Assembly (NCBI RefSeq): GCF_026626665.1
Contig: NZ_JAPNKE010000002.1
Span: 1,229,204 to 1,293,203 of the forward strand
Origin: Nannocystis pusilla
GTDB lineage: Bacteria; Myxococcota_A; Polyangia; Nannocystales; Nannocystaceae
Direction of reading: 5' to 3'
DNA: 64,000 nt
Positions 9,277-18,999 of the stretch are shown here, piece by piece; the stretch's first letter is position 1; each line of letters opens with the position of its first letter. The notes beneath the pieces are model-generated. The model had not been told where the DNA came from, searched no databases, and saw only the letters and a list, made by a program, of their open reading frames with translations. A program made the translations under genes and the position numbers.

Positions 9277-10658
9277 TCAGGCCAGGAGGGCGGCGCACGG
9301 GGTGTTGGAGTAGCCGTCGCCGTCGGCGTTGGTGGCGCCGACCTCGGTGGCCTCCGGCACGACCGACTGCAGGCAGGCGAGCAGGATGTCGGAGGTGTTC
9401 TCGCTCGACGGCGAGTGGTAGTGCTCGGCGGGGTAGCGCAGGGTGCCGCCGCCGCGGCCGGCGACGATGCAGGGCTGGTCGAACACGCTGTGGGTGTAGC
9501 CCGAGGCGGCGTCGCTGCCGAGGATCACGACCGAGTTGTCGAGCAGGTTGCCGTCGCCCTCGACCGTCTCCTTGAGGCGGTTGAGCAGGACCGCGAAGCA
9601 CTCGACGGTCTTGATCGTGCACTGGTCGACCGCCTCGTTGTCGGCGGTGTCGTGGGTCATGTCGTGGTGACCCTTGGCGTGGCCGAGGCTCTTGAAGATG
9701 TGGTAGCCGACCGAGCCCGAGAACTGGATGCTGACGATCCGGGTGAGGTCGCAGCGGAACGCCTCGATGATGATGTCGACCATGGCCGCGTTGACGAGCT
9801 CGATCGGCTCGGCGCCGTCGATGTCCATGTTGGTTTCGATCGGCATGCCCGGCAGGGTGCAGGCCGGCGGCAGGGTCTCGATCTGCTTCTTGATCTGCTC
9901 GACGCTGGCGAGGTGGGCGTCGAGGCGGATCTTGTCGGCGCTGCCGACCCGCAGCTTGAGCGCCTTCACGTCCTCGCGCACGGCGTCGAGGATGTCGACG
10001 CGCGGGCCCTTGGTCGGGTCGTCGGGCGGGACGAAGCTCTCGAACAGGGCGGCGAAGGCCTCCTGCGGGTTGAAGAAGGGCGGCAGCGGCTGGTCGGGGC
10101 CCTTGTGCGAGAGGTACTGCAGGGTCGGCCCCTCGCCGGTGATGACCCGCTTCGACACCGCGAGCTGCAGCGACGGCAGGAAGGTCTGAGCGCCGACGGC
10201 GGCGGCGGCGACCTGGTCGATCGAGGGGCCGCCGAACTTCGACGAGTAGCTGTTCTCGGCGTGCGGCAGCTCGATGAAAGGGAAGCCGGAGAAGAAGCCG
10301 GCGCAGCCGTCGTGGTGGCCGCGGCGGTGCTTCGACGAGGCCTTGATGTCGAAGCCGGTGAGGAGGTTGCAGTAGTCGCGCACGCCCTCGAGCGCGGCCA
10401 GCTGCGGGTCAGCGGGTAGTTCGGCCCGGTCTCGGCGGGGGCCCAGCGGTTGCCCTTGCCGACGTCGGCGGGGTCGACGAGGGCGACGCCGTTGCCGAAG
10501 TGCCAGGTGATCATGCGCCGCGGCAGGTTGGTGCCGTCGGCGTGGGCGGTGCCGTTCGAGTTGAGCATGGCCTCGAGCAGCGGGAGCGCGAGCGCGACGG
10601 AGGTGCCCCCGGCGACGCCGCGGAGCAGGGTGCGACGGCTGAGTTGATGGCGCTTCAT
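9277..10658 (-). CDS. DUF1552 domain protein (planctomycete/myxobacterial family), apparent 1-nt frameshift near 10405
   Basis: N-terminus MKRHQLSRRTLLRGVAGGTSVALALPLLEA (Tat-like signal) lies in the frame of ORF 9966..11570. The remainder is ORF 9277..10383 (RDYCNLLTGFDIK...). Junction NYPLT|PQLAALEGV needs one extra C in a CCC run. AAGGAG RBS. Start is 14 nt after the upstream gene's stop. Confidence 0.8.
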
Positions 10659-10672
10659 GACTCGTGCTCCTT

Positions 10673-12445
10673 TCACTCCGGGGTGCCCACGCGCAGGAAG
10701 GCGGGGCTGGCGACGAGCTCGGCGAGGAGCTCCTTCATGCGGTACTCGTTGTCCTCGAACGCCTGGTCGAGGTCCTTCAGCGCCCCGGCCTCGCCGGGCA
10801 CCTCGAGGTGGCCGGTGGCGTGGCGGAACAGGTTGCGCACGAGGCAGCGCGTGACCGCGGGGCTCTGGCGCAGGAGGCTGCCGAGCTCGCGGGCGCCGTC
10901 GAACTCGCCGAGGCCGTCGAGGTTGCTGACGGTGTCGAGGGTGACGCCGTTCTCGACGAGGCGGAACACGCCGATGCCGTCGAAGTTCTCGAGGCCTAAG
11001 CCGATGTCGTCCATGAGCTTGTGGCAGCCCGAGCACGAGGGGTTGGTCTGGTGCTCGGCCAGGCGGTCGCGCATGGTCGGGTAGTCCTCGCCGACCGGCA
11101 GCTCGGTGACGACGTCGGGCGGCGGCGCCGGGATGCCCTGACACATCAAGACCTCGCGCACGAACTTGCCGCGCAAAGTCGGCGAGGTGCTGCTGATGTG
11201 CGCGTAGGCGGCGAGGAAGCCGCCCTGACCGAGCAGGCCGCCGCGCTTGCTGTCGACCGGGAGGTCGAACTGCTGCCAGGTGTCGCCGAGCACCGCAGGG
11301 TCGGGGATGAGGCCGTAGAGCGCGGCGAGCGGGCCGTTGGCGAAGGTGTAGGGGGCGTCGAGGAAGTCGCGGAAGTCGGCCTCGCGCGTGAAGGCGATGT
11401 CGTCGATGAGCTTGAGCGCCTCCTCGCGCATGGCGGTCCCGAGGGCGGGCGACCAGGCGGGGAAGGTGGCGGGATCCTTGGGCAGCGCCTCGAGGGTGCG
11501 CAGGCGCAGGACCTCGGCGAAGAAGCCGCCGAGAGCGCCGCGCGCGGCTGGCGTTTCGAGCATGGTCCAAGCGACATCCCGGACGGCGTCGGCGGTGGCG
11601 AGGCCGTCGCCCTCGCCGAGGTCGATGAGCTCGCGCGTCGGGGTGGTGTCGAGCAAGAAGAAGCTGAGGCGCGTGGCGAGCTCGACGCCGGTCAGCACCC
11701 GCTGCGCCGGATCGTCGGGATCGGGCTCGCCGACCTCGACCTGGTAGAGGAAGTAGGGCGACTGCAGCAGGCCGGCGACGGCGTATTCGCGGCCCGACTC
11801 CCAGCTGCCGAACGCCAGCGCGGCGTCGCGGCCGACCGCGCCGTAGCGATCGATCTCGGCCTGGGTGAGGCTGCGGCGCCAGGCGACGCGGCCGAAGTTG
11901 GCGACGAACTCCTTGTGACAGGCCTCGTCGTCGGCGCCGGTCGGCACGCAGGTGTGGTAGCTGGCGAGGATGGCGTCGTCGGCGGCGGCCGCGACCTTGC
12001 GCGCAGACTTCTCGTAGGTGTCGACGGCCTGATCGCCCAGCGCGAGCTGGGCGGCGCCGATCGACTCGAAGCCGTTGAGCGCGCTGTCCGGCGGGGTCTC
12101 GACCTCGGCGGCCGCGGCGTCGCCGAGCAAGTAGGCGACGGAGCTCCGGTACTGACGCGCGAGAAGGAGGCGCAGCCGCGCGGGGGCCGGAGCGAACTCT
12201 TCCCCACCGCCGTCAGTCGGGTCGGTGCCTTCGGTCGGATCGCCGTCGGTGCCGGCGGAGTTCGGCCCGCCGGTCTCGGTGGGATCCTCGCCGCCGGTCA
12301 GGGTGGGGTTGCTGGCGCTCTGGTCCTGGCCGGCGCCGTGGTAGCAACCGCCGGCGAGGCTCGCCGTGAGAGTGAGAAGGACCGCGAGCTCTCCCGGACC
12401 TTGCGGCCTGGATGGTGCGCGGGCGAAACGAGGCTGCCTGGGCAT
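10673..12445 (-). CDS. DUF1592/DUF1585/DUF1588-type lipoprotein, the usual partner of DUF1552 proteins
   Basis: Start MPRQPRFA with lipobox LTASLAGGC and AAGGAG RBS. Body contains a CxxCH-like motif (CSGCHKLMDD) and the conserved DUF158x/159x blocks. Immediately upstream of the DUF1552 gene. Confidence 0.8.
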   Translation of the reverse strand: MPRQPRFARAPSRPQGPGELAVLLTLTASLAGGCYHGAGQDQSASNPTLTGGEDPTETGGPNSAGTDGDPTEGTDPTDGGGEEFAPAPARLRLLLARQYRSSVAYLLGDAAAAEVETPPDSALNGFESIGAAQLALGDQAVDTYEKSARKVAAAADDAILASYHTCVPTGADDEACHKEFVANFGRVAWRRSLTQAEIDRYGAVGRDAALAFGSWESGREYAVAGLLQSPYFLYQVEVGEPDPDDPAQRVLTGVELATRLSFFLLDTTPTRELIDLGEGDGLATADAVRDVAWTMLETPAARGALGGFFAEVLRLRTLEALPKDPATFPAWSPALGTAMREEALKLIDDIAFTREADFRDFLDAPYTFANGPLAALYGLIPDPAVLGDTWQQFDLPVDSKRGGLLGQGGFLAAYAHISSTSPTLRGKFVREVLMCQGIPAPPPDVVTELPVGEDYPTMRDRLAEHQTNPSCSGCHKLMDDIGLGLENFDGIGVFRLVENGVTLDTVSNLDGLGEFDGARELGSLLRQSPAVTRCLVRNLFRHATGHLEVPGEAGALKDLDQAFEDNEYRMKELLAELVASPAFLRVGTPE

Positions 12446-12615
12446 GGGCGGCTCCTTGCTGGGGGATCCACCATAAGGGAGGGTCAAGATCTGCGTCCAC
12501 GGCGCGCATCGTGAGGGGGGCTGTCTACTGAGGTTCCCTGTCCGCAGAAGACCCCACGCGCCGAGGTCGGGCCGTGACGCGCCCACGAAAGCGTTGTATT
12601 ACCGATCGTGGAGCG

Positions 12616-13146
12616 ATGAACCTCGTCCCGCCGACGTACATCTGCCTCGACCTGCCCGAGCCGCAGGCGTCGGAAGTGATGGCGCTGCGTCGCCGCTACT
12701 GTCAGCGCCTCAAAGACTTCCCGCCCGAGATCACGATCACGGGCTCGAGCGGCGTGGGCGCGATGCTGCCGCAGCTCCACTGGGACCGCGTCGAACCCAA
12801 GCTCGAAGCCATCGCGCAGGAGTGGGCGCCGATCCGCGCGAGCCTCGGCGGGATGGTCCGCTTCCCGGACACCGACATCTTCTGCCTCAGCATGTCGGAC
12901 CCGATGCCGTTCATGGCCCTCCACGAGGCGCTCAAACACTCGGGGATCGCGTTCGAGGAGAGCCAGTTCCCGTTCTTCCCCCACTGCACGATCCGCATGG
13001 CGGGGCCGCTCACCGACGCGGACATCAGCGCGCTGTTCTCGCTCACCGTCCCCGGCGAATCCACGATCGCCGAGCTGGCCCTGTATCAGCGCACGACCGA
13101 CGACCGGATCGTCCGCGTGTGGTCGCGGCCGCTCGCCGGCTCGTAG
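12616..13146 (+). CDS. 2H phosphoesterase / LigT-like (2'-5' RNA ligase family) protein, tentative
   Basis: ~175 aa with an H-x-T-x motif (HCTIR) and an ITITGSS block in the position of the first 2H motif. Unbiased composition. Function call is weak. Confidence 0.45.
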   Translation: MNLVPPTYICLDLPEPQASEVMALRRRYCQRLKDFPPEITITGSSGVGAMLPQLHWDRVEPKLEAIAQEWAPIRASLGGMVRFPDTDIFCLSMSDPMPFMALHEALKHSGIAFEESQFPFFPHCTIRMAGPLTDADISALFSLTVPGESTIAELALYQRTTDDRIVRVWSRPLAGS

Positions 13147-13206
13147 GCCCGTCGGCCGGCGAGAAGGTGTTGCCGGTCAGGCCCGCGCTCGGGTACTCGG
13201 TCGATC

Positions 13207-15283
13207 GTGCGCAGATCGAGCCTCGTTTCCCTCGTCACCGTCGGCCTCGTCGCTTGCCAGGATCCGGCCGCGAGCAGCGCGACCGACGGCGCCTCGACCA
13301 CGGGGGCGAGCTCCGAGATGTCCCCGACGACAGGTCCGATGGAACCTGTCCCAACGACCTCGTCATCGGGCAGCTCCGGATCTACCGCCGCGCAGGACGA
13401 TTGCCCCGAGGGCTGCGCGACGGACGAAGCGTGCGTCGGGGGCAGCTGCGAGGCGGTCGGTCGCGCAGACATCGAGGCCGGCTGCCACCCGCTCGGCGAC
13501 CCGGCAGGCCGCGGCCAGTGCGTGTACCCGTGGCCGTCGAACTTCTACACGACGCCGACGGGCGACAGCCCGACGGGCCTGGCAGTGGCGCTGCCGGCGG
13601 CGCTGCTGCCGAAGAACACGCAGCAGGCCGAGTTCCCCGCAGACGAGTTCCTCAATGGGAAGCCAGGGTTCACCCCGAACGCGCAGCTCCGGTTCGCGTC
13701 GGCGCAGCCCGTCGACGGATCGTCGCTGCCGTCGCTCGGCGACATCGGAAGTTCGCTGGCCGAGGAGGCGCCGATCGTGCTGCTCGAGGTCGGCTCGGGG
13801 GAACGCTGGCCGTACTTCGCGGAGGTCGATGCGACGGCCGTGGCAGGCGAGCCCCAGACGATCTTCGTGCGGCCGATGCGACAGCCGCGTGCGGGCGAGC
13901 GCTACGTGGTCGCCGTTCGTGGGCTGCGAGATAAAAACGGCGAGGAGATCCCGACGTCGCCGCTGTTCCGCGCGCTGCGCGATGAACTGACGACCGATGT
14001 GCCGCAGCTCGAGGCCGAGCGCGCGCTACGACGAGATCTTCGCGGCGCTGGTCGCCGCAGGGATCGATCGCGGGTCGCTGCAGCTGGCGTGGGACTTCAC
14101 GACGAACACGCAGGCAGACCTGCAGCGCGACTTCACGGCGATCATGCCGCAGGTGGTGGCGAAGGCGGAGGCGGGCGACCTCGGCTACACGGTCGCGGAG
14201 GTGAGCGAGTTCCCGGGCACGGAGGTGCCGCTGGTGGTGCGCGGGACGTTCACGGTGCCGAGCTGCCTGGAAGGCGACAGCGGGCCCGGCACGGTGTTCG
14301 CCCGCGATCCGGAGGGGCTGCCGGACTGCTCGAACACGGCGACCGCGAACTTCTGGATCGCGGTGCCGCAGGCGATCTACGAGGCGAAGACGCCGGCGCC
14401 GGTGGCGGTGTACGGGCACGGGCTGCTCGGCTCGGGGTCGGAGGCGGAGTCGGTGGCGAAGAAGAACGGGTCGCTCATCATGGCGGGGACGGACTTCTGG
14501 GGGATGTCGGAGGCCGACATCGCAGCGGTGATCGGGATGCTCGGCGGCAACTTCGTCGGCGGCCGCACGCTGGGCGAACGACTGGTGCAGTCGACGGTGA
14601 ACTTCACGACGCTGGCATATCTGGCCCAGGGCGAGCTGGCGCAGGAGCCTGCGCTGCAAGGGTTGATCGACCCGTCGACGGTGTACTACGTCGGCGGATC
14701 GCAGGGCGGGATCATGGGGGCGACGGTGACGGCGATGGCGCCGAACCTGCGCCGCGGGGTGCTGGTGGTCGGCGCGTCGAACTACTCGCTGATGGTGTGG
14801 CGCTCGACGGCGTTCGAGCAGGTGAACTCGGTGTGGGCTGCGACGCAGCCGAGCACGCAGAACCGCGAGTTCCTGTTCGCGCTGTACCAGGCGGTGTTCG
14901 ACGTGGCAGACCCGGTGACGTACCGCTCGGTGATCGAGGAGGCAGGCGACGCGCTGCTGCTCATCGAGTCGATCGGCGACGCGCAGGTGGCAAACGTCGC
15001 GTCGGAAGCGATGGCCCGCTCGTACGGGATGCGGATGGCAGGGCCTTCGATCTATCCGGTGTGGGGAGTGGAGGATGCTCCGCCGGAGTTCACGGGGTCG
15101 GCGCTGCTGCAGGTCGATACGAAGAAAGGGCCGCTGCCTCCGGTCGAGAACCTGCCGGCCGACGGAGACAATGGAGCGCACGGGGCGGCAGTCGACGATC
15201 CGGCGGTGCAGGGGATCCTCGGGGCGTTCTTGCTCGAGGGAGTGGTGGCGAATATGTGCGACGGGGTTTGTGACCCGGGGTGA
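13207..15283 (+). CDS. Secreted lipoprotein, putative alpha/beta-hydrolase fold; apparent 1-nt frameshift near 14025
   Basis: GTG start. MRRSSLVSLVTVGLVAC lipobox, S/T-rich linker, Cys-rich segment. Continues in the frame of ORF 13997..15283 (RYDEIFAALVAAGIDRGSLQLAWDF...) with GHGLLGSGSEAES and GGSQGG nucleophile-elbow-like motifs. Confidence 0.65.
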
Positions 15284-15384
15284 CGGCGGCGGTTCGAGAG
15301 TGGCGGATCCGTGAATTGCTGGGGCGGAGGTTCGAGGGCGGTTCGTGAACCGCTGGGGCGGAGGTTCGAGAGTGGCGGTTCGCG

Positions 15385-15640
15385 ATTGCCGACTGCGCCT
15401 CGCGGGGGGTCCGGGGAAGGGCCGGCCGCGAGTTAACCGGCCGGATGCGCGCTCGTTCCTCGCACCCATCCTGCCTCTAATTCGCGGCCGGCCCTTCCCC
15501 GGACCCCTGGCACGGCTGCAGCCGTGAGAGGCCGCCTCGCCGTCGTCGGCTTCGCTGGGGGCTGTCGTCGGGAGCAGAGCCGGGGCGCCTGTTCGGCGGC
15601 CAGGGCTGGCCGCCGAACAGACGCTTTCTCGCGTCATTGA
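15385..15640. repeat. Structured repeat element copy 1 (~150-bp conserved core 15385..15528 with a long imperfect hairpin, a CACGGCTGCAGCCGTG palindrome and a GGCCAGGGCTGGCC palindrome)
   Basis: ~93% identical to 45644..45787 in the same orientation. Outer stem GGGGTCCGGGGAAGGGCCGGCCGCGA / TCGCGGCCGGCCCTTCCCCGGACCCC. Confidence 0.7.
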
Positions 15641-16059
15641 CGGCGTGGCATCTCCGCGCGGCGAGTGCTGGCGATCGCTGGCAGCGTGGCCGCCTTTGCC
15701 TGTCCCTGTCCCGCCTGCGCGTCTGCATGAGGCGAGTCCGCGGGCGCGAGGTGTCGAGCGTGCCGGGACTTGCTGCCTGTGCGCCCCCGTCGGGCCTCCG
15801 CGTAATCACGGGCGAAGCTGCGCGCGTCGATGAACGGTGAGCAACACGTTTACGAGGCTGTGCCCCGCTGCGGGCGCGCCTCGTCGAGTTTCGGACGATG
15901 AAGCGCGGCCGTCCGGCCCGGCAATGGTGCAACGAGCGGCCGCATGTCGCCGATCCATCGCCGCGCCACACGACGCCCCGGTCGGCGGGGGAGGCCATGC
16001 CTCCAGCGCGCTCGCTCGCGCGCGGAGGGATGTGCGCGGAGGCGGTGAGCCTGGCGACC

Positions 16060-16140
16060 AGGACATGTCCCTTGGAGAATGTCGGCCGGGCCATGTTGTA
16101 TAGGACATGGCCTTTAGGGCATGTCCTTCAGGGCATGGCG
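16060..16140. repeat. Motif cluster (GGACATGTCC / GGGCATGTCC / GGACATGGCC x5)
   Basis: Read directly, downstream of the vWA lipoprotein gene. Confidence 0.6.
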
Positions 16141-17714
16141 TGGAGGGTCGGCTGTAGCATGCCGGCGAGGCAGCCGAGGGCGGCGGTGTAGTCGCTGTCG
16201 CAGACGGACTCGATGCAGCAGCGCATGGCGCGTTCGTTGACGGCGGTGTCGGGGTCGTCGGGGATGTCGAGGGCCTGGCAGACTTCCTGGATCCGCCCGG
16301 GCGGGACGGCCTGGCCGGCAGGGCCGACGCAGCCGGGGCCGATGCCGAACTCGAATTGTTTGTCGGCCGGGGTGTCGGTGTCGCCGGGCAAGATGTCGTC
16401 GGGCTGCCAGTCGCGGTAGACGAGGGCGTCGACGCCGCCGGCGAGGGGCTCGAACGGAGGGGCGTGGTTATGCTCGGTGACCTGGGGGACGCCGCCGAGG
16501 ACGAGCATGACGACGTCCTTGCCGTGGTGCTGGCGCAGGTCGGCGAGGGCCTCGGTGTAGCGGGAGACGGGCTGGAGGACGTGCTTGTCCTCGGACATGC
16601 ACCACTCGTACTCGCCGTCGTCGTCGTCGTCGGCGCAGGTCATGCCGGCGTTCCAGCACACGGCGCTGGTGGGCTCGGTCCGCTGGCCGCTGCTCGGGTG
16701 CGACGGCCAGTACTTGCTGAACTCGGGGTCGTCGTGCAGCTTGGGGTCGAAGTAGGCGAAGTTGAGGGTGGAGCAGTCGGTCTCGTCGGTGACGATGACG
16801 ACCGCGAGCGGGGCGCCAGGGCGCAAGAAGGGCCGCTCGCCGATGTTCCACCGCGCTTCGAGGTCGAGCGCGCGCCGCATGGCCTCGAGCGGCGACTCCA
16901 TGCCGCAGCCGTCGATGCCCTGCGGGCCGATGCAGGCGAGGGCGTCGGCCGCGGGGTCGCCCATGCCGTCAGGGTCGATGACGTTGTGGCTGGTGGGGCT
17001 GAAACGAATGAACGGATCGGTGGGGACGGAGGGAGCAGCCTCGGCGCAGCGCGAGGTGCAGATCTCGGACATCACGGGCGGATCGGCGCCGAGGCCGGTA
17101 AATCGCGCCAGGCGGTCGGTGCACGGGGTGTCGATCGGCTGGCCGTCGGCGGCGTCGTAGTCGGGCTTCTCGAACGGCGTGCACAGCGGGTGCGGCACGT
17201 CGGTGGTGGTGACCATGATGTGCACGTCGGCGCCGACGAGCTGACCGTTGGCGTCGCTGAGGCCGCGCAGCAGCTTGACGAAGGCAGGGAAGCTGTCGGC
17301 GAGCTGGCTCTGCTCCTCGCCCATGGTGCCGGAGTTGTCGATGACGAACAGGACGTCGAGCTGCTCGCAGGCGCCGCCGTCGATGCAACCGGTCTCCGGC
17401 GGCGGATCTTCGCCGGTGGTGACGGGCTCGCCGGTGGTGCCGTCAGGCGGGTCGCCGGTGGTGTCCGGCCCGGCGGTGGTGGTCGGCAGCGGGTCGAGGG
17501 TGGTGTCGTCGACGTGCTGCGAGGTGACGACGAGGGTGTCGACGCTGATGGTGTCGGCGCCGTCGGTGTCGCCGGGGAGCTCGCCCAGAGGGCTAGGATC
17601 GAGGATGCAGCCGAGATGTACGAAAGGACAGGTGAGAACCACGGCGAGGCACGCCCTCGCCGCGGAGGCGATCGGGCTGCGGTGCGTTCGAGAAGTGGGC
17701 ACGGGTCGTCTCAC
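16128..17714 (-). CDS. von Willebrand factor A (vWA) domain lipoprotein
   Basis: Signal and lipobox ...VHLGC. T/P-rich linker. MIDAS motif VLFVIDNSGTM. Many Cys in the C-terminal half. Confidence 0.75.
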   Translation of the reverse strand: MRRPVPTSRTHRSPIASAARACLAVVLTCPFVHLGCILDPSPLGELPGDTDGADTISVDTLVVTSQHVDDTTLDPLPTTTAGPDTTGDPPDGTTGEPVTTGEDPPPETGCIDGGACEQLDVLFVIDNSGTMGEEQSQLADSFPAFVKLLRGLSDANGQLVGADVHIMVTTTDVPHPLCTPFEKPDYDAADGQPIDTPCTDRLARFTGLGADPPVMSEICTSRCAEAAPSVPTDPFIRFSPTSHNVIDPDGMGDPAADALACIGPQGIDGCGMESPLEAMRRALDLEARWNIGERPFLRPGAPLAVVIVTDETDCSTLNFAYFDPKLHDDPEFSKYWPSHPSSGQRTEPTSAVCWNAGMTCADDDDDGEYEWCMSEDKHVLQPVSRYTEALADLRQHHGKDVVMLVLGGVPQVTEHNHAPPFEPLAGGVDALVYRDWQPDDILPGDTDTPADKQFEFGIGPGCVGPAGQAVPPGRIQEVCQALDIPDDPDTAVNERAMRCCIESVCDSDYTAALGCLAGMLQPTLHAMP

Positions 17715-18436
17715 CCGCCGCGGGGGTCAGGCTGCGCGGCCGATCCATTACAGAGCGTGGCCGCCCGGTCGACCAGAGGCGAGCCCGGAAAACGCTGGGG
17801 GAAGCTGGCGACCAGCTCGCGGGCGGCGTCGCGCTGGCCGAGGGCGCAGCGGGCCTCGATCTCGAGCAGGCTGCGCTCGGCGGCCAAAATGCCGCCCGGG
17901 AAGCGCCGGGCGTGCTCCTCGATCAGCTGCAGGCGCTCGGCGGGCGCGGCCAGCTTGGCCCGCCGCAGCAGGTCGACCTCGGCGGCGACGGTGTCCTCAC
18001 GCGCAGGGCGGCGCGCCTTGGAGGTGTCCGCAGGGCCAGGCTTGTCGGTGGGCTGCGCCTCGGGTGCGACCTCGGGCGCCGGATCGGGCGTGGAGGCGCG
18101 GGCCGGATCGGGGCGCTGGACGGACTCGGCGGTCCGGGTCGCGTCGCCCTCGTGGGCCTGATACGGAGCGGCGACGTGGGTCTGCGGCGCCTCGCCGCCC
18201 TTCATGACGGCCCAGGTCAGGGCCAGCAGGACGCCGGCCGCCAAGGCGAAGCCGGCGAGCACCCGCGGGGCGAGGCGCGAGCGAGAGGGCGCTTCGTCGT
18301 CGAGGTCGTCGCCGCCGCCCTCCTCGACGCGCTGCTCGAGCGCGGCGAGGACTCGGTCGGCGATCGCGCGGTCGGGCGACTCGGCGCTGCGAAATGCGGC
18401 CAGGCGCGCCCGCGCCTCCGAACTCAGCGGTTCCAT
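17711..18436 (-). CDS. Putative anti-sigma factor (single transmembrane segment)
   Basis: Starts 13 nt inside the 3' end of the ECF sigma gene. Central hydrophobic helix LAGFALAAGVLLALTWAV. Pro/Ala-rich periplasmic region. Confidence 0.6.
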   Translation of the reverse strand: MEPLSSEARARLAAFRSAESPDRAIADRVLAALEQRVEEGGGDDLDDEAPSRSRLAPRVLAGFALAAGVLLALTWAVMKGGEAPQTHVAAPYQAHEGDATRTAESVQRPDPARASTPDPAPEVAPEAQPTDKPGPADTSKARRPAREDTVAAEVDLLRRAKLAAPAERLQLIEEHARRFPGGILAAERSLLEIEARCALGQRDAARELVASFPQRFPGSPLVDRAATLCNGSAAQPDPRGG

Positions 18437-18990
18437 GCTGCTTGCCTCCCATCCGCTCGTTCGGTCTCGGCGATGGCCCGCTCGAACTCGGCCCGAGCGG
18501 CCCGCAGACGCGAATAAACGGTGTTCAATTTGACATCGAGGGCCTGGGAGATCTCCGGCGCCGTGAAGCCCTCGAGGTCGGCGAGGATGAAGACCATGCG
18601 CTTGTCGTTGTCGAGGCTGTCGAGGAAGCGTTGCACGAAGTCGGCGGCCTCGGCGCGTTCGGCGACGCGCTCGCGCGGTTGATGGGTGTGGACGACGGCG
18701 AATGCCTGGATCCGGCGCTCGTGGCGCCGGAGGCCGCGGCGGAAGTCGCTGGCGACCCGCCGCGCGGTGCCGAACAGCCAGCTGCGCAGCGAGATCTGCG
18801 GGTCGAGGCCCGGGAGGCGGCGGTGCAGGACGAGGAAGACGTCCTGGGCGGCGTCCTCGAGCTGGTCATAAGGGACCCCGAGGCGGCGAAGGATCCGCCA
18901 GACGAGGTCGAAGTAAGCGTAGTACACGGTGGCGAACCCGCGCTGCGCGTGCTCCTCGGGGCCAGATATGGGCGGCTGAAGCTTCAGCAC
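18424..18990 (-). CDS. ECF-type RNA polymerase sigma-70 factor
   Basis: Region 2 (VFLVLHRRLPGLDPQISLRSWLFGTARRVASD) and region 4 (KRMVFILADLEGFTAPEISQALDVKLNTVYSRLRAAR) signatures. Confidence 0.85.
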   Translation of the reverse strand: MLKLQPPISGPEEHAQRGFATVYYAYFDLVWRILRRLGVPYDQLEDAAQDVFLVLHRRLPGLDPQISLRSWLFGTARRVASDFRRGLRRHERRIQAFAVVHTHQPRERVAERAEAADFVQRFLDSLDNDKRMVFILADLEGFTAPEISQALDVKLNTVYSRLRAARAEFERAIAETERADGRQAAWNR

Positions 18991-18999
18991 GGCAGGTAC

